Shown here in pieces: positions 60,046 to 64,000 of a stretch of 64,000 nt of DNA. Every line of letters begins with the position of its first letter. The stretch's first letter is position 1. The DNA is taken from positions 21,269,284-21,333,283 of the forward strand of contig NC_069003.1 in the NCBI RefSeq assembly GCF_001194135.2, read 5' to 3'. Origin of the DNA: Octopus bimaculoides (taxonomy: Eukaryota). The notes below the pieces were generated by a model that was not told the DNA's origin, made no database searches, and saw only the letters and a list, made by a program, of their open reading frames with translations. The position numbers were made by a program, and so were the translations under genes.

Positions 60046-61493
60046 AGGCTTCCATACACACTCCATCTACCAAATCCACAAGACACTGGTAGAAGACACT
60101 CCCCCAAGGTGCCACACAGTAGGACTGAACTGAAAACCACATGGCTGTAAAGCATGCCTGCTGATCCTTATGAACTGCATGTGATAATTTGTATGTGAAT
60201 GTGTTGATGGATTATCCCCTCCTCCCACACACACACTTGATGAATCTCATTCTATTAACTGATGATAATTTATGGAGAATAAAAACATTGACTCTGGTAA
60301 CAAATTTTGAATCAAGATATTTTAAGACTTGATTTTTAGCTACAAGAAAAGATCTTATCAAAGACTGCTTTCGTTTCAAATCAAATCTTCTGCAGTAATA
60401 TTGATAAAATTGTTAATACTAAGGCTTTCATTTCTCCCCCTCAATGTCTTCACTCCTTTTCTCCACTGTTAAGAGAGTAAGAAAAAAATAGAAAAGAAAA
60501 TCAATTGTATATAATTCCTAAAGCTTTTAGATGAATATAGATCAAATAATGTCATGATTTCAAGTTATATTGTACTGAAGAGCCAACAAGAAGGGCAACT
60601 ACTAAGACATCTAAAAAGAAAAACAAGAGAGATTATATAGAAACATTATTTAATATGCTCTCTCACTCATACGAATAAGAAAAAGACCTGTTATAATAAC
60701 AATAATGAAGTTTTTTTATAAAACCTGAAGCAGCTCCCCTGCTTTAAAGGGAATCTTCATCCTCTCTTCTATCCTTCAGTAAACTCTCTTTTCCCCCCTC
60801 TTACTCCAGAAGCAACTGCAGGTGGCAGTAGCAACAGTCCCCATTCAAAATTTCCCATAATACTGTTTCAAATTTTGGCACAAGCTCAACAATTTTAGTG
60901 TGAGAAGACAAGTTAATTATAATGTAATTAACTTGACTCCAGTACTTGATTGGTACTTTATTTTATCGATCCTGAAATGAAGAAAGGTAAAATCAAGCCT
61001 GACAGAATTAATACTCAAAATGTAAAGAATCAGGAGAAATTTCAAAAAGCATTTTTTCCCAGATGCTTCAACCAGATGCTGGTCACTTTCATAATAATAA
61101 TTATAACAATAATGATTTCAAATTTTGGCACAAGGGGAAGGGGTAAGTCGATGACATCAACCCCAGTGTTTGACAGGTGCATATTTTATCAACCCCAAAA
61201 GGATCAAAGTTAACCTAAGTGGAATTTGAACTCAGAACATAAAGACAGACGAAATAGTGCTAAGCATTTTGCCCAGTGTACTAATGGTTCTACCAGCTCA
61301 CCGTCTTAATAATAACAATAACAATTGGCAATATTACAAAATATAATCTTATTCACTCTGGATAAAAAATGCTTATAGATATGGCACAATCGCATTTACA
61401 AGTTATAAATAAAAGCATTGCTGCCATGAAGAAGTGAAAGGAAAACTTATGCACATATCAATGTGTATACATGTATACATATGTATGTATAGG

Positions 61494-61902
61494 TGTAGGA
61501 GTGGCTGTGTGGTAAGTAGCTTGCTTACGAACCACTTGGTTCTGGGTTCAGTCCCACCGAGTGACACCTTGGGCAAGTGTCTTCTACTATAGCCTCGGGC
61601 TGACCAAAGCCTTGTGATTGGATTTGGTAGATGGAAACTGAAAGAAGCCCGTTGTATATATGTATATATATATGTGTGTGTGTGAGTGTGTGTATATATG
61701 TTTGCGTGCCTGTGTTTGTCCCCTCAACATCGCTTGACAACCAATGCTGGTGTGTTTACATCCCCGTAACTTAGCGGTTCGGCAAAAAGAGACCGATAGA
61801 ATAAGTACTAGGCTTACAAAGAATAAGTCCTGGGGTCGATTTGCTCGACTAAAGGTGGTGCTCCAGCATGGCCACAGTCAAATGACTGAAACAAGTAAAA
61901 GA
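61494..61902 (+). mobile_element. SINE family A, full length
   Basis: Colinear with 17284-17690. Confidence 0.9.
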
Positions 61903-62493
61903 GTATATGCCCGTGGAGCATACACACACTCATATATACCCATAGACATACATATATAAAATGTGTATATATATCAATAGGTCATAGTATATATATATAT
62001 ATTTTACTGATATGACATTATATGTCAGTGTATTGACCAGACTATCAGATGTTGTTATACACTGCTTATTACAATATGGTTCCTCACATCAATGTAGCTT
62101 TCCAAATGATGCCACCCAACTAGTTAGGCAAGCAGGCTGGAATTTTCCCTTGTCCCCTTCAACGGACATCACAGGCTTACACATTTACAGTTGAGTAGAC
62201 TGAAGTGTTTTACTCAACAACTCAATGCACTGCATGAACTTGTGATCCAGAGCACAGTACCCTAACCACTACATCACACACCATCTTCTTTTATGCTCAC
62301 CTTCTTGTTCTGAGTGAGTTTGATCTGGTACCCCATTATGACCTTCCTCTTATCTTCTTCAGCCATGTGTCTCCCCTATAGCAAGACACTTGTGCTTGTC
62401 CCTTCGTCATACTTTAACCTTTCAACACTTGACATAAAGCCACTCATCTCCACTTTCCCTTCCTAAATACTTCTTTGCAGTAAAAGCGTTTGT

Positions 62494-63149
62494 GGAGGCG
62501 CAATGGCCCAGTGGTTAGGGCAGCGGACTCGCGGTCATAGGATCACGGTTTCAATTCCCAGACCGGGCGTTGTGAGTGTTTATTGAGCGAAAACACCTAA
62601 AGCTCCATGAGGCTCCAGCAGGGGATGGTGACAAACCTGCTGTACTCTTTCACCACAACTTTCTCTCACTCTTACTTCCTGTTTCTGTTGTGCCTGTAAT
62701 TCAAAGGGCCAGCCTTGTCACACTGTGTCACGCTGAATATCCCCGAGAACTACATTAAGGGTACACGTGTCTGTGGAATGCTCAGCCACTTGCACGTTAA
62801 TTNNNNNNNNNNCGCGGTCATAGGATCACGGTTTCAATTCCCAGACCGGGCGTTGTGAGTGTTTATTGAGCGAAAACACCTAAAGCTCCATGAGGCTCCA
62901 GCAGGGGATGGTGACAAACCTGCTGTACTCTTTCACCACAACTTTCTCTCACTCTTACTTCCTGTTTCTGTTGTGCCTGTAATTCAAAGGGCCAGCCTTG
63001 TCACACTGTGTCACGCTGAATATCCCCGAGAACTACATTAAGGGTACACGTGTCTGTGGAATGCTCAGCCACTTGCACGTTAATTTCATGAGCAGGCTGT
63101 TCCGTTGATCAGATCAACTGGAACCCGAGCAATGGAGTGCCAACAACAA
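62494..63149 (+). mobile_element. SINE family B (tRNA-like head, (AAC)n tail); young, with an artefactual internal duplication
   Basis: Head GGAGGCGCAATGGCCCAGTGGTTAGGGCAGCGGACTCGCGGTC..GGTTTCAATTCC; TSD CAGT(A/G)AAAGCGTTT at 62478-62491 and 63150-63163. Confidence 0.88.
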
Positions 63150-63420
63150 CAGTGAAAGCGTTTACTTCCTTTTCCTTCTCTTTGATCTTTCCTGTCTCGC
63201 AAGTTACATGGCTACCTCAATAGTGCCAACTGACATGAAGAAGTACCCAGTGCACTCTGTAAAATGGTTGGCATTAGGAACGGCATCCAGCCACAGAAAC
63301 CATGCCAAAGATGACACTGGAGCATGATGCAACGCTCCACTTCCCTGTCAAACTGTCCTACCCATGCCAGCATGGAAAGCAGAAGTTAAATGAGGATAAT
63401 AGTGACATGAAGATTCTATA

Positions 63421-63456
<36 letters not shown>

Positions 63457-63870
63457 TATAAAGCTTGTTTGATACATATGTGCAACCATACACATGCACC
63501 AGATTTAAATCTGTGAAACAAAAGGAGATCAAGTGATGTACAAAAGAAATGAGTAAAACAAAAGACAACAGTAACAATAATGGCAGTGAGCCGAGATATA
63601 TATACACATACATAAACATACAAATATATATGGGAGAGTATACAAATAATAACAACAGACGAGGACAGGTGGTGTAAATAACAAAAGTATATATTATTAT
63701 GACGCTCGACACACACACACATATATATATACACACATACATATATATATATATACACACATACATATACATACAAATCTAGATACTGTAGTGTTTTTAA
63801 AAAATCAAAGGGAAAGCAACATACATATATAAATATATATATACATATATAAATATATATATATAAATAA

Positions 63871-63901
<31 letters not shown>

Positions 63902-63906
63902 AATAA

Positions 63907-63937
<31 letters not shown>

Positions 63938-64000
63938 AATAAATATATATATACATATATATAAATAAATATATATATATATATATAAATATAAATAAAT

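Noticed and set aside
60571-60605. CTGAAGA-GCC...GGC hammerhead-like start
   Set aside because: GAAA and stems I and III are missing; too degenerate to call.
62494-62570. tRNA-like sequence with A and B boxes
   Set aside because: Continues directly into a SINE body with tail and TSD, so it is a SINE head and not a tRNA gene.

Overview
AT-rich (~35% GC by eye), repeat-dense animal genomic DNA with several N-gaps. The repeat landscape (tRNA-derived SINEs with internal TA/CA microsatellites, RTE-type LINE tails) suggests an octopod cephalopod, probably a short-read Octopus assembly (inference). One host gene is present: the 3' part of a FARP1/FARP2 (Cdep)-like FERM-RhoGEF-PH gene on the minus strand. 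I reconstructed 16 GT-AG exons; 15 splice in frame from the start of the DH domain through PH1 and PH2 to the stop at 15240. The FERM exons are not seen and probably lie beyond 64000. The rest is intronic or intergenic: a full-length dead piggyBac (48608-51061, TTAA TSD), a mariner relic, hAT/piggyBac/unclassified MITEs, RTE- and CRE-like LINE fragments, at least four SINE families and microsatellites. Most interesting: (1) a dense cluster of the odd palindrome TGTNACA in the inferred 3'UTR; (2) several minimal hammerhead-ribozyme-like motifs sharing a CUGUNGA core variant; (3) a young TIR element with a 6-bp TSD built around head-to-head telomeric repeats; (4) a perfect 86-bp palindrome and several long foldbacks in introns; (5) two assembly artefacts, an Illumina adapter inside a coding exon and a false duplication across a 10-N gap. 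SINE/LINE boundaries are approximate; exon and TSD coordinates were counted base by base.
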